DNA of 63,802 bases from a virus (lineage: Duplodnaviria > Caudoviricetes): positions 1 through 63,802 of the IMG/VR virus record IMGVR_UViG_3300042922_000620; one strand, written 5' to 3'. Of the stretch, positions 27,159 through 37,208 are shown piece by piece. The position numbers and the translations under genes were made by a program. Below the pieces are notes generated by a model that searched no databases, was not told where the DNA came from, and was given only the letters and a program-made list of their open reading frames with translations. The stretch's first letter is position 1. Every line of letters starts with the position of its first letter.

Positions 27159-30100
27159 GTGTCGAATCTAGTCGGGCGCGTGGACTTCACGGCACGCATC
27201 GACGGACGACGCACGCCGAAGGACGCCGAGAATATCGGCCGCCAGATGGGTTCGTCGGCCTCCGACGGCTTCGACGACACCTGGTCCAAGGGCTTCCGCG
27301 AATCGCTCGACAAGAACGCGCGCGCGGCGTTCGATCGCTGGCAGAAGTCCGGCAAGCAGTCCGGTGGGGCGTACGGCACCGCGTTCAGGAACTCGTACGT
27401 GCCCTACCTGCGCGACGCCGAGAAGGCGTTCGGCCGACTCCGCCTAGACCCCGGCTTCCTCGATGACCTGAACGAGAAGTTCGGGGACGCCGGGCTCGCG
27501 GCGCGCTACATGCAGGAGCGCCTGGTCGACCTCGACCGTGAGGGCAAGATCACCAACGCGACCTTCGGCGTCGCGCAGCGCCAGGTCAACGACTGGGCTG
27601 AGGCGCAGCGCCAGGCCGCGATCAACGCGAACGACCACCGCGATGCGATCGCACGGCTCCGGCTGGACGTGGAGGCGTCCGCGCAGGCGTTCCGCGACGT
27701 CGACCAGGTGCTGCAGCAGCGCGGGCAGGCACAGTACGCCGCGCAGCAGGAACGGCTCAACGCGCTGTTCCGCGACTCGGAGCGCTACACGAAGGACTTC
27801 CGAGCCGAGGTCGACGCGATGGATGCCGCGTTCGTGCGCGCATCGCAGTCGACCGACCGCTGGGCACTGTCGTGGGACTCGCTCTCGCACAACCAGCGCC
27901 AGTGGACGGCCATCATCGGCGCAGTCATCGGCGGCGCGTCCGACATCGCCGCGCTCGGCTCGCTCGCCGGCGCCGGTCTGATCGCCCTCGGCGGTGCGGC
28001 GACATCCGCCGTCGTCGGCGTCGGCACGCTCATCCCGATCATCGCGACCCTTGCGCGCGACGTCGAGGATCTGCCGGAGGATCTGCAGGGGGCAGCCACC
28101 GAGGCCCGCCAACTGGGCAGCGCCTTCCGTGTGCTCGGTGAGGAGATCACGCGCGGTGCGGTGCAGCAGGCCGGAGGCGCGTTCGTCTCGCTGCAGGGAA
28201 CCATCGCGGCACTCACCCCCGAACTGCAGGACGTCGGCGGCGTGATGGGTCGCCTGTTCGGAGATCTCGCCGAGAATCTCGAGCCCGGCGCGGAGGCATT
28301 CGAGGTCATCCGGAGCACCGCGGCCAACGCCGCACCTCAGATCGACTCGCTCGCTCGCTCCGCGGGCACCCTCGGCGTATCGCTGCTGCGCTCGTTCGAC
28401 CGAGCGAACCCCCTGGTCGAGGACTTCATCGGCTACATCGACACGCTCGTGGGCCGCTTCGACGACTTCTCGCGCTCGACCGCCTTCGACGACTGGGTCG
28501 CCCGCAGCCGCACGTCGTGGGGCGCCTTCGGCGACCTGCTGGACGAGACGGGGCGCATGCTCAACGATCTCGTCACGCCGGAGGCCATGAACCGGCTCAA
28601 CGCCTTCCTGGGCAACCTCGAAGCGTTCATGCCGCACCTCGGGCAACTGCTGGACGTCGCGGGGCGACTGGATATCTTCGGCCTCATCGCGCAGGGGCTC
28701 GCGCAACTGGGCGAGGCGCTCGAACCGCTCGCGGATCCCGTCGGAGATCTCGCCGAGGCCGTGTCGGGTGGTCTGTCGATCGCCATCGAGACCCTGGCGG
28801 ACGGCATCACCATCGTGGCCGCCGTCACGGCGCCCGCTGTCGACCTGCTCGCGGCCTTCGTGGACGTCGCCGGGGAGTCGGGTGTCATCGAGGGTGCTGC
28901 GATCGCTGTAGGGACCCTGGCGGGCGCGTTCCTGCTGCTGCGCGGCGGCGGAGCGCTCGCGGGCGCATTCGCCGCGCTGGACACCTTCACGACCAAGACC
29001 TCCTCCCTGCCGGGCGTGCTCGGCCGCGCCGAAACGAGCGTGCGCACCTTCGCTGGCCGAGCCGGAGCGCTCGGCGTGGTCGCTGGCGTGTCCGTGGCGG
29101 CCGCGTCGGGCATCCAGGCCCTCATCGAGGAACTCACGCAGTTCGATGCCAAGGCGACAGAGGCCGTCGGCGCCGGTCGCGGGCTCGTGGATGCCGGTCG
29201 GGAGATCTACGGCACGTTCCAGTTCATGGGGACCACGCTCGAGGGCACATCGGTCACCACGCAGAACCTCGCGGAGTCCCTCGATCAACTCGGCCGGCAG
29301 GGCGGCGGTCTGTGGAACCAGTTCACAGCCGGATTCCGTGGGGTCGCCGCCGAGAGTGACGCCCTGGCGCAGTCTGCAGCCGATCTGGGCGCCGTTCTGG
29401 GCCAGATGGACGCGCCACTGGCTGACCTCGCGAACTCGAACCTCCCGGCCGCTCAGGAGCAACTGCGCGCGTTCGCCGTGGAGGCTCGCGCATCGGACAC
29501 CGAGATCCTGGCGATGCTCGACTCGATGCCGAAACTCAAGGACGCGCTGATCCAGCAGGTGGAGTCCACCGGCCAGGTCGCCACGTCGCAGAACCTGCTC
29601 GCCGCGGCGCTCGGAGAGACCGACACCGCGACGCGCTCGGTCGACGAGGCCATGGCGGGTATCGAGGGGCGCAGCATCACCGCCGGGGAAGCCATCGACG
29701 GACTCGCCGACAAGATCCGCGGCTTCGGCTCGGCCACGCTGTCGACGCGGGATGCCGAGCGCGAGTTCCAGGCGTCCATCGACGACGCCACGGCGGCGCT
29801 CGCGGAGAACGGCGCGACCCTCGACATCAACACCGAGCAGGGCCGGGCCAACCAGGCAGCCATCGACGAGATCGCGCAGTCGGCGCTGGACTTCGCCGCA
29901 GCCACGTACGAGGAGACTGGCAGCATCCAGGGTGCGACGGCCGCGATCTCCGCAGGCCGAGAAGCGCTCATCCTGCAACTGCAGGCGATGGGCTACACCC
30001 GGGAGGAGGCCGAGCGATACGCCGACTCGCTGAACCTCATCCCGGAGAACATCGAGACCATCGTGAAGGCCGACACTGGGCCAGCGCAGGGCTCGGTCGA

Positions 30101-30482
30101 GGACTTCATCCGCCGCAACGCTGGCCGCCGGTTCAACATCTACATCGATGCGATCAACTCGGGCGGCGGCGGCGGGCGCAGCCAGCAGTTCATGGCGTCC
30201 GGTGGCGTCCTGACGAGCCCGACCAGCGTGGTCGCCGGTGAGGCGGGCCCGGAGGCATTCGTGCCGCTGGATCGCCCGCTGTCGCAGGTAGATCCGTCGG
30301 TGCGCTGGCTGTCGGCCATCGCACAGGGCAAGGGAGGCTACATGGCCTCCGGTGGCGTGGTCACTCGGAGTGGTCCCCAGATCACCGTGGCCGAGGGCGC
30401 TATCGTAATCAGCGGCATCCGCGACGAGCGCCGCGCCGCCAACGAGGTCATCCAGCGTCTCATCGAAGACGTCGTGGCATAG
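27159..30482 (+). CDS. Tape measure protein
   Basis: 1107 aa, Ala/Gly-rich helical, TLDINTEQGRAN, ASGG..GEAGPE motif. Confidence 0.92.
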   Translation: MSNLVGRVDFTARIDGRRTPKDAENIGRQMGSSASDGFDDTWSKGFRESLDKNARAAFDRWQKSGKQSGGAYGTAFRNSYVPYLRDAEKAFGRLRLDPGFLDDLNEKFGDAGLAARYMQERLVDLDREGKITNATFGVAQRQVNDWAEAQRQAAINANDHRDAIARLRLDVEASAQAFRDVDQVLQQRGQAQYAAQQERLNALFRDSERYTKDFRAEVDAMDAAFVRASQSTDRWALSWDSLSHNQRQWTAIIGAVIGGASDIAALGSLAGAGLIALGGAATSAVVGVGTLIPIIATLARDVEDLPEDLQGAATEARQLGSAFRVLGEEITRGAVQQAGGAFVSLQGTIAALTPELQDVGGVMGRLFGDLAENLEPGAEAFEVIRSTAANAAPQIDSLARSAGTLGVSLLRSFDRANPLVEDFIGYIDTLVGRFDDFSRSTAFDDWVARSRTSWGAFGDLLDETGRMLNDLVTPEAMNRLNAFLGNLEAFMPHLGQLLDVAGRLDIFGLIAQGLAQLGEALEPLADPVGDLAEAVSGGLSIAIETLADGITIVAAVTAPAVDLLAAFVDVAGESGVIEGAAIAVGTLAGAFLLLRGGGALAGAFAALDTFTTKTSSLPGVLGRAETSVRTFAGRAGALGVVAGVSVAAASGIQALIEELTQFDAKATEAVGAGRGLVDAGREIYGTFQFMGTTLEGTSVTTQNLAESLDQLGRQGGGLWNQFTAGFRGVAAESDALAQSAADLGAVLGQMDAPLADLANSNLPAAQEQLRAFAVEARASDTEILAMLDSMPKLKDALIQQVESTGQVATSQNLLAAALGETDTATRSVDEAMAGIEGRSITAGEAIDGLADKIRGFGSATLSTRDAEREFQASIDDATAALAENGATLDINTEQGRANQAAIDEIAQSALDFAAATYEETGSIQGATAAISAGREALILQLQAMGYTREEAERYADSLNLIPENIETIVKADTGPAQGSVEDFIRRNAGRRFNIYIDAINSGGGGGRSQQFMASGGVLTSPTSVVAGEAGPEAFVPLDRPLSQVDPSVRWLSAIAQGKGGYMASGGVVTRSGPQITVAEGAIVISGIRDERRAANEVIQRLIEDVVA

Positions 30483-30493
30483 GAGGGAGACAC

Positions 30494-33007
30494 GTGCTCG
30501 ATCACTACCTCACCCTGGGTGGCAACGAGGTCGTCAACAGCGCTCGAGCGTTCGGCTACGCCACGACCGGCAACTGCCGGGCGTCGTGGCTGCGCGACCC
30601 CGACTGCGACACGATTTTCGACGCGCAGGGTGACGAGCAGTACGAGTACGCGAACATCACGCAGGCGCCCTGGTATGACCCGGACGACCCGGACGTCACC
30701 AGTCGCTTCCTCGGCCTGTACGGCGTGGACATCCGAAACCTCTCGGACTCCACCCGCGAGGCGACCAACACGGAGAAGACCACCGCGGGCTCTCAGGTCT
30801 CCGGCTACCGCCACGCATCCCGCGAGGTCCGCGTCCGCGGCTGGATGACGGCGCGCGGGGGTGACGCGCTCGAGGCGGGGATGACCTGGCTGCGCAACGT
30901 GCTCGAGCCGAATGCCTGCGGTATCCACGGCGGCGCGTGTGGCGAGTCGGACTCGGCGTTCTTCGTGGACTGCCCGCCACAGCGCCGCGACTACACGTAC
31001 TACACGGACTGGGTGACGTGGACGAACCGCATCACCAACCCGTCCTTCGAGACGGTCATCCCTGGCTCGTTCGCTGAGGTGCGCCGGAACCGGTTCACCG
31101 ACCCCGCGGCGACGGGCCTCACGGCGTTCGGCGCGACGGCTGGGCAGTCCACGCTGAGCCAGGTGGGAGGAGTCCCCCACTGGGCGATCGAGACCGATCA
31201 GCCGGTCGGCATCCGTACCATCGGGACCCCCGTCTTCGTCGTCGGCCAGAGTTATCGGATCCTCCTTCGGGCCCGAGCGAACCGGACTCTCACCGGGAAC
31301 CTCCGCCTGGGCAGCACCAATGGGCCGCCGATCGCCATCACGAGCGAGTGGCAGTGGTTCGAGACCACTCAGCCGGCGGGAACGACCGCCGTCACGAACA
31401 CCGGGATCGTCCTCACCACCGCCGGCGGCCACGTCGCCGGTGACTGGGTGGAGATTGACCGGGTCCTCATCGCCGATGGCGGCGACAAGGGGGACTGGTT
31501 CAGTGGAGCCTCCCCGACCACCGACTCCGACCTGGACTACGTCTGGGTGGGCGCCGCCAACGCCAGCGCGAGCGTGCTGCAAGGCGCTAGGGTGGCCGGG
31601 CAGCCGTCCAGCGCTCAGCAGTGCGCGGCGGTGTGGTCCACTCAGTGGGCGGCGAGCCGCGCGGCCTCTGTGCGCGTCATCCCGACAGGGTCGGGGAACA
31701 ACTCCACGTACTACGCCACGCTGGCCACCCTCGGCCTGGAGACGGGCAAGACCTACACCGCCCTCGTGACCGCCAGGCTTGCGGCCCCTCAGATCGGATC
31801 CCTCAACCCCCGTGCCCGCTCGCTGTCGCTCAATGTCGGCGACGTCGTATCCCAGGCGCCCAACACTGCAGGCACTCACCCCCTCCGCATCACGTTCACC
31901 ATCGATGGCACCATCATCACAACCGCGGCAACCCTGTCGCTCTACAACGGAGCGGCGGCAGGTAACGGGGAGGTCTGGTTCGACGACTTCCTGATCGTCG
32001 AAGGTGAGTATCTCGACGGCTACTTCGACGGCGACACACCGGATGACCCCGGCACCGACGGCCTCGAGCCGCTCTACCGCTATGCCTGGACCGGCGCAGT
32101 GGACGCCTCCACCTCGACGTACGAGGAGCGCGTGTTCTACATCGGGCCCGAGCCGGACGAGACGTACTATCCGTTCGTCGACGAGTGGCGCCGATACCTG
32201 CACAGCGTCCGATGCATCTCCGGCCCGTTCACGGTCCAGGAGGCGGTGTCGGAGGATGGCATGCACGTCGGGCGCCTGGTCGAGTTCACCCTGCTCGCGG
32301 AGGTGCCATGGGTGTTCGGCATCACGAAGGAGATCGAGGTCCCACCGACCGTGCCGGGCGTGATGCAGGACATCGCCTACAACCTGTTCCCGTTCCCCAG
32401 CATGGAACTCACGGCAGGGGCCGCGTTCCCGGTGGCCATCAACTACGCGACGAACCCGAGCCTCGAAACGAACGCCACGCAGTGGTCAGCGTCCGTGGGT
32501 CTCAACTCCGGGAGTGCTCCTGACGCTTACTTCACCAGCGGCCGCGTCACCGGCGAACTCGCCGCCGCCGGCGCCGGGGTGGCATCCATGCGCGCCCGGA
32601 TCCTCGGCAACGGGTCGACGGCCGCCAGCGGTCAGGCGCGCATGCAGATCTACATGACCCAGAGCCTCGCGGCCATCGACCCCGAGGAGCGCCCATCGTT
32701 CAGTATCTGGGTGGCAGGCGTCTCGGTCGGAGGTGCGACGGGCGCACAGATCGTCTCGATCAAGGGATCCGTCGAACTGGGGACAGGGGACCCCACCCCC
32801 GATCTCATCCTCGATATGGGCACGATCACCAGCCCTACCGATATCGCAGGCCACGTCTTCACCGCGCCGTCGACCGAGATCCCGGCCGGGGTTACGCAGG
32901 CGGTCATCTACATCACGGCCACCGTGAACTGGTCCTCGAGCGCGACGCCCGCCAGCAACTCGGACATCCGCATCTATGCTGATGCCGTGGCCATCACCGT
33001 GCCGTAA
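30494..33007 (+). CDS. Minor tail protein (distal-tail-like N-part with inserted CBM-like domains)
   Basis: Follows TMP; APWYDP, TNPSFE/TNPSLE repeats. Confidence 0.85.
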   Translation: MLDHYLTLGGNEVVNSARAFGYATTGNCRASWLRDPDCDTIFDAQGDEQYEYANITQAPWYDPDDPDVTSRFLGLYGVDIRNLSDSTREATNTEKTTAGSQVSGYRHASREVRVRGWMTARGGDALEAGMTWLRNVLEPNACGIHGGACGESDSAFFVDCPPQRRDYTYYTDWVTWTNRITNPSFETVIPGSFAEVRRNRFTDPAATGLTAFGATAGQSTLSQVGGVPHWAIETDQPVGIRTIGTPVFVVGQSYRILLRARANRTLTGNLRLGSTNGPPIAITSEWQWFETTQPAGTTAVTNTGIVLTTAGGHVAGDWVEIDRVLIADGGDKGDWFSGASPTTDSDLDYVWVGAANASASVLQGARVAGQPSSAQQCAAVWSTQWAASRAASVRVIPTGSGNNSTYYATLATLGLETGKTYTALVTARLAAPQIGSLNPRARSLSLNVGDVVSQAPNTAGTHPLRITFTIDGTIITTAATLSLYNGAAAGNGEVWFDDFLIVEGEYLDGYFDGDTPDDPGTDGLEPLYRYAWTGAVDASTSTYEERVFYIGPEPDETYYPFVDEWRRYLHSVRCISGPFTVQEAVSEDGMHVGRLVEFTLLAEVPWVFGITKEIEVPPTVPGVMQDIAYNLFPFPSMELTAGAAFPVAINYATNPSLETNATQWSASVGLNSGSAPDAYFTSGRVTGELAAAGAGVASMRARILGNGSTAASGQARMQIYMTQSLAAIDPEERPSFSIWVAGVSVGGATGAQIVSIKGSVELGTGDPTPDLILDMGTITSPTDIAGHVFTAPSTEIPAGVTQAVIYITATVNWSSSATPASNSDIRIYADAVAITVP

Positions 33008-33021
33008 GGGGGAGATCTGAC

Positions 33022-35148
33022 ATGGTAACGATCGGCCCTCTGAATAAGACGCAGCCGGCCACCCAGTTCTGGATGGACGCCTACGCCTCCTCATCGAACA
33101 GCAGTGGCACCAATGTGCACATCGTGCTGCGCGCGTACAACGGACCTGGCGGCACCACTGGATCGCAGTACAACGGCTCCGGTGAGCATGTCGGCACGAT
33201 CGATGGTGTCGGTGGGGCGGTGGTCCGGGCGAGCACCCCCTTCCTGCCCGGCGGCTACCAGAACGGGCAACTGCGCTGGGAGCACCACGGCGATATCTTC
33301 GTGGGGCATGCCGGGGCTATCGACGTCACGGTGCGCATGCGCACGACGTACGGCAACGTCAACGAGTCGCACACCGCCACGCTTAGCCTGGCGGCCGTCG
33401 CCAGCGTCCCCCCGGCGCCCACTCAGCACCAGCCCTCGAACATCACGCCGACCTCGATGCGGGTCACATTCAGTGGCAACGGCGACGGTGGGCGGCCGAT
33501 CATCGGGTGGGAACTCTGGCGGGCGACCGACCCGAACTTCACCCAGAACGTCGTCAGCATCACCTCGAGCGGCACCTCGGATGTCGGCGGCCTGACGCCT
33601 GGCACCACGTACTACTGGAAGTCTCGGGGCCGCAACGAACTGGGCCTGGGTCCGTTCTCGAACACGGTGTCGCAAGCGACGCTGCCCGCGGTCGCGCCAG
33701 GCGTGACGATCACGCCGTCGCTGTCTGGGACATCGGCGACGATCACCCTGACACCGCCGGGTGGCGCGACCGGCGTCACCAAGTACCGCGTTGAGCGCCG
33801 CATTGGCTCGGGCGCGGTCACGGCCGTCGAGCAGGCGAACTCGCCGATCGTGATCCCTGGCCTCTCGCCGGGTCAGACCTACCAGTGGCGCGCGAGCGCA
33901 TTCTTCGGGACCTATCAGAGCCCGATGTCGGACTGGACGCCGGTCCAGCAGCCGAACCCGAACACGAACCCCGGCGACTACTTCGACGGCAACTCGGCCC
34001 CTCGCACGGACATCACCTTCGGGTGGCTTGGCACGGCAAACCTGTCCGCATCTCGCGCGCTCGGCGTGCCGGTGCGAGGGTGGTACGGCCCCGGGGGGCC
34101 AGTTCAGCGCGTCACCGGTGGCCGCTCCGGCGGGTTCTACGGCCGCTACACGTTCCTGGCGGATCAGAGCGGACCTGGCGGCGCCTCCTCCAACATCTCC
34201 CCCGACGTCGGCGTCTTCGTCCCCGTGGAGGAGAACGCCACTTACGTCGCCAGCATGTATGTGCGCCCGTCACGCACCCAGCGGCTCGTGATGGACATCC
34301 TGTGGTGGGACGAGTTCGACGTCTTCGTGAGCCTCTCGACAGGCATCCCGGCCGTCGTGGATGACACGACAGGGTGGACTCGCGTCTGGGTCTCCGACCG
34401 CGCACCGCTCGGGGCGGCGAAGATGAGTTTCCGCCTCTACGACACGGCAGGTGATGATTGGTCCGCGTGGCTCTCGGGCGACACGCTGGACATCGACGAC
34501 GCCATGGTGTCACTGGCCACCCTGTTCCCGTACTTCTCTGGCGATACACCCGACTCCACCGAGTTCGACTACGAGTGGCTCGGGCTGCCGAACGAGTCGG
34601 TCTCGGCGCGCAACGAACTGCCCGCTCAGTTCGTCGACCTGCTGGCCGATCCGGACTGCCCCCCGCTGCCGCAGCCGCCCTCCCTGCCGTCGATCCCGAA
34701 CGAGTGCATCGACGAGACGGGGACCTGGCGCCGTTACCTGCTGACCATCCCGGCCACGGAGGTGCGGTTGTGGTCCTCGACGCTGCCGACGCTGCTGCTG
34801 CGCACCGGCAGCCAGGCCGAGCGCCAGGTCCGCATCCGCTACTACGCCAACCCGGACGGCCTGGCGCCGGAGGAGGTCATTGAGGACGGCTGGGAGTCGG
34901 AGCAGATCCTGACCTATATCCCGCCGCTGACCGAGATCCGCCTCGACGGCGTCACGCAGCGCGTGACCGCGGCCGTCGGCGGCAACGCGCCCGTCTCGGG
35001 CAACCGGCTGCTGTACGGCACCGGCGGCGTGCCGGCGACCTGGCCGGAACTTCGCTGCGGCATCGGCTACGCCCTTACGCTGGACGTACCCCTGGATGCC
35101 CCCGCCGGAAACCTCGAGACGCGCATCCTCGTCACCCAGAGGATGTGA
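33022..35148 (+). CDS. Minor tail protein with two fibronectin-III domains
   Basis: GLTPGTTYYWKSRGRN and GLSPGQTYQWRASA. Confidence 0.85.
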   Translation: MVTIGPLNKTQPATQFWMDAYASSSNSSGTNVHIVLRAYNGPGGTTGSQYNGSGEHVGTIDGVGGAVVRASTPFLPGGYQNGQLRWEHHGDIFVGHAGAIDVTVRMRTTYGNVNESHTATLSLAAVASVPPAPTQHQPSNITPTSMRVTFSGNGDGGRPIIGWELWRATDPNFTQNVVSITSSGTSDVGGLTPGTTYYWKSRGRNELGLGPFSNTVSQATLPAVAPGVTITPSLSGTSATITLTPPGGATGVTKYRVERRIGSGAVTAVEQANSPIVIPGLSPGQTYQWRASAFFGTYQSPMSDWTPVQQPNPNTNPGDYFDGNSAPRTDITFGWLGTANLSASRALGVPVRGWYGPGGPVQRVTGGRSGGFYGRYTFLADQSGPGGASSNISPDVGVFVPVEENATYVASMYVRPSRTQRLVMDILWWDEFDVFVSLSTGIPAVVDDTTGWTRVWVSDRAPLGAAKMSFRLYDTAGDDWSAWLSGDTLDIDDAMVSLATLFPYFSGDTPDSTEFDYEWLGLPNESVSARNELPAQFVDLLADPDCPPLPQPPSLPSIPNECIDETGTWRRYLLTIPATEVRLWSSTLPTLLLRTGSQAERQVRIRYYANPDGLAPEEVIEDGWESEQILTYIPPLTEIRLDGVTQRVTAAVGGNAPVSGNRLLYGTGGVPATWPELRCGIGYALTLDVPLDAPAGNLETRILVTQRM

Positions 35149-36320
35149 GCATGGCCACGAGCGCGAACTGCGTGCAGCACCACTCGGCGTTCATCTACGA
35201 CAGGGGTGGCTCCCGGCTCGTGGATGAGGTGGTGGATCTCTCCCAGGTGCAGTGGTCCCGCGTGCGCGACAACGTCAGCGAGGCGATGATCCGCATCGAG
35301 GGTGAGTCGTGCGGCGCGAACGCGGCTATCCTCAACCAGGCGCGGTCGCACCGACACGAGATGGTGATCTTCCGTGGGACTGAGCGCGTGTGGGAGGGAC
35401 CCCTACACCGGATCTCCTCGCACTCCACGTTCGCCGAGTTCCACGCCAAGGACGTGCTCTCGTATGTCAACGCTCAGCCCCTCACGCAGGTCTACTCCAA
35501 CCGGACGGTCGACGGCGTCGACCACTCCGACACAGTGACAGGCCGCATCGAGAAGATCCTGCAGTACGAACTGGCCAACGGGCGCACCATGACGGTGCCC
35601 GGCGGCGGCTCCGTGGTGCTTCCCGGGTGGGAGGAACTCGACCCGCCGATCAACGTCCTGCCCCACCTGGACGTGCGCCACTTCGTCAACGAGGCGCGCA
35701 CCGCCATGGAGACCGGCGCGTACGAGATGTCGGTGGGCATGCACCTGCAGAACCTCGCACGCTCCTCCGGGATCGACTTCACGGTCATCGGCCGGCGCAT
35801 CATCATCTGGGACGTGTCGCGCCATATCGGCGTTCTGAACACGATGACGCGCGAGGACTTCTCCGGCGACGTGATCGTGACCGAGTACGGTGCGGACCAC
35901 ACGCAGGCGGCCTACTCGATCGGTCAGGACGGCTCCTACGGTCAGGCGCTCAACACTGACAACCTCGACTTCTACGGGCCGTGGACGTCGATGTACACGG
36001 TCTACAACGAGGAGGGAACCGACGCTCCCTCACAGTCCGAACTGGACTCGCAGGCCAGCCGCAACCTCACTGGCCGCAGCCCGGCGCCCATCGAGGTGCG
36101 GGTGCCTGACAATTCGACGATCTTCCTCTCGGAGGACATCCCCATCAACCGGCTCGTCCCGGGCGTCCAGGTGCCGCTGCGTGCCACGCTCAACGCGCGC
36201 TCGCTGGCGCAGCAGCAGAAGATCGACATCGTCCGCGTGACCGAGACGGCCACGAACGAGAATGTGCAGATCACGCTCACCCCGGCGACCAAGCCCGACA
36301 GCGATGTGGAGGAGCCGTGA
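35145..36320 (+). CDS. Minor tail protein (hub-like)
   Basis: VQWSRVRDNVSEA, IFRGTERVWEGP. Confidence 0.85.
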   Translation: MSMATSANCVQHHSAFIYDRGGSRLVDEVVDLSQVQWSRVRDNVSEAMIRIEGESCGANAAILNQARSHRHEMVIFRGTERVWEGPLHRISSHSTFAEFHAKDVLSYVNAQPLTQVYSNRTVDGVDHSDTVTGRIEKILQYELANGRTMTVPGGGSVVLPGWEELDPPINVLPHLDVRHFVNEARTAMETGAYEMSVGMHLQNLARSSGIDFTVIGRRIIIWDVSRHIGVLNTMTREDFSGDVIVTEYGADHTQAAYSIGQDGSYGQALNTDNLDFYGPWTSMYTVYNEEGTDAPSQSELDSQASRNLTGRSPAPIEVRVPDNSTIFLSEDIPINRLVPGVQVPLRATLNARSLAQQQKIDIVRVTETATNENVQITLTPATKPDSDVEEP

Positions 36321-37117
36321 CCGATCCATTCGCCCGCACTCCCAACGGGTTCCTCGAGCGCCTGGTGCAGCGGGTGGGCTCGCTCGAGCACCGCATCGCT
36401 CGGGGCCTCTCGCTGCCAAATCGCTTGGTCGATATCGGGCGCGGTACCACGGCCGAGCGGGACGCGTTGTTCGGTGATGTCGCACTGTTCACGACCCCCG
36501 AGAAGATCGCGCTGGCGAATCGGAGGGTCATCTGGTTCAACATCGACAAGGACTGGGAGGAGTCGTTCTACGCGCCTGTCGGCTGGGCCAGTCAAGGTCT
36601 CGTCGTGCCGGGTCTCACCGGCGGTGCGACTTCCGGGTGGTATCCCACCGGGTTCGGTCCTGAGATCGTTCTCGAGCCGTCCGCCACCGCCAATGCCAAC
36701 TCTGGCGTGCTCATCGGTGGGTGGAATGGTGTGGTACGCGAGCGTGGCGGGGCCGACTGGTTCACGTCCGACACCAACGGGGTGCGGTTCCTCCGGTACG
36801 GCTACTACGACCTGTCGTGGTGGACCCTGCAGGCCACTGGAACGGGGGCCGCGGACTATCACACACAGATCAGGAATTCGACCGACGCCACCATCGAGTG
36901 GCGATCCAACGTCGGGGGCCAGCCGCTTAGCACGATCTTCACCAGCGTGGGCGCCGAGTATTCATCCGTCTTCGTCGCTGCAACCGAACGCTTCCGGGTG
37001 CAGTGTGTGACTGGGGCTCTGGTGGTTCACCAGGTGACCGGCGGGACACCCCGTCCTGCTACGCGGGGCCAGATGTTGGTGAGGTATGTGCGCCCTCCGG
37101 TCGTCCCGATCCCGTAG
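36317..37117 (+). CDS. Minor tail protein
   Basis: Coiled N-terminus, beta-rich C-terminus, last tail gene. Confidence 0.7.
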   Translation: MTDPFARTPNGFLERLVQRVGSLEHRIARGLSLPNRLVDIGRGTTAERDALFGDVALFTTPEKIALANRRVIWFNIDKDWEESFYAPVGWASQGLVVPGLTGGATSGWYPTGFGPEIVLEPSATANANSGVLIGGWNGVVRERGGADWFTSDTNGVRFLRYGYYDLSWWTLQATGTGAADYHTQIRNSTDATIEWRSNVGGQPLSTIFTSVGAEYSSVFVAATERFRVQCVTGALVVHQVTGGTPRPATRGQMLVRYVRPPVVPIP

Positions 37118-37208
37118 GGCCACCAAAGTGCTTCGCCGACACGGCGAACGGGCAGCATGTTGATAACCCGGAGCCCGTGGCAGAATAGGCCCGACCAGAG
37201 GGGCGACC

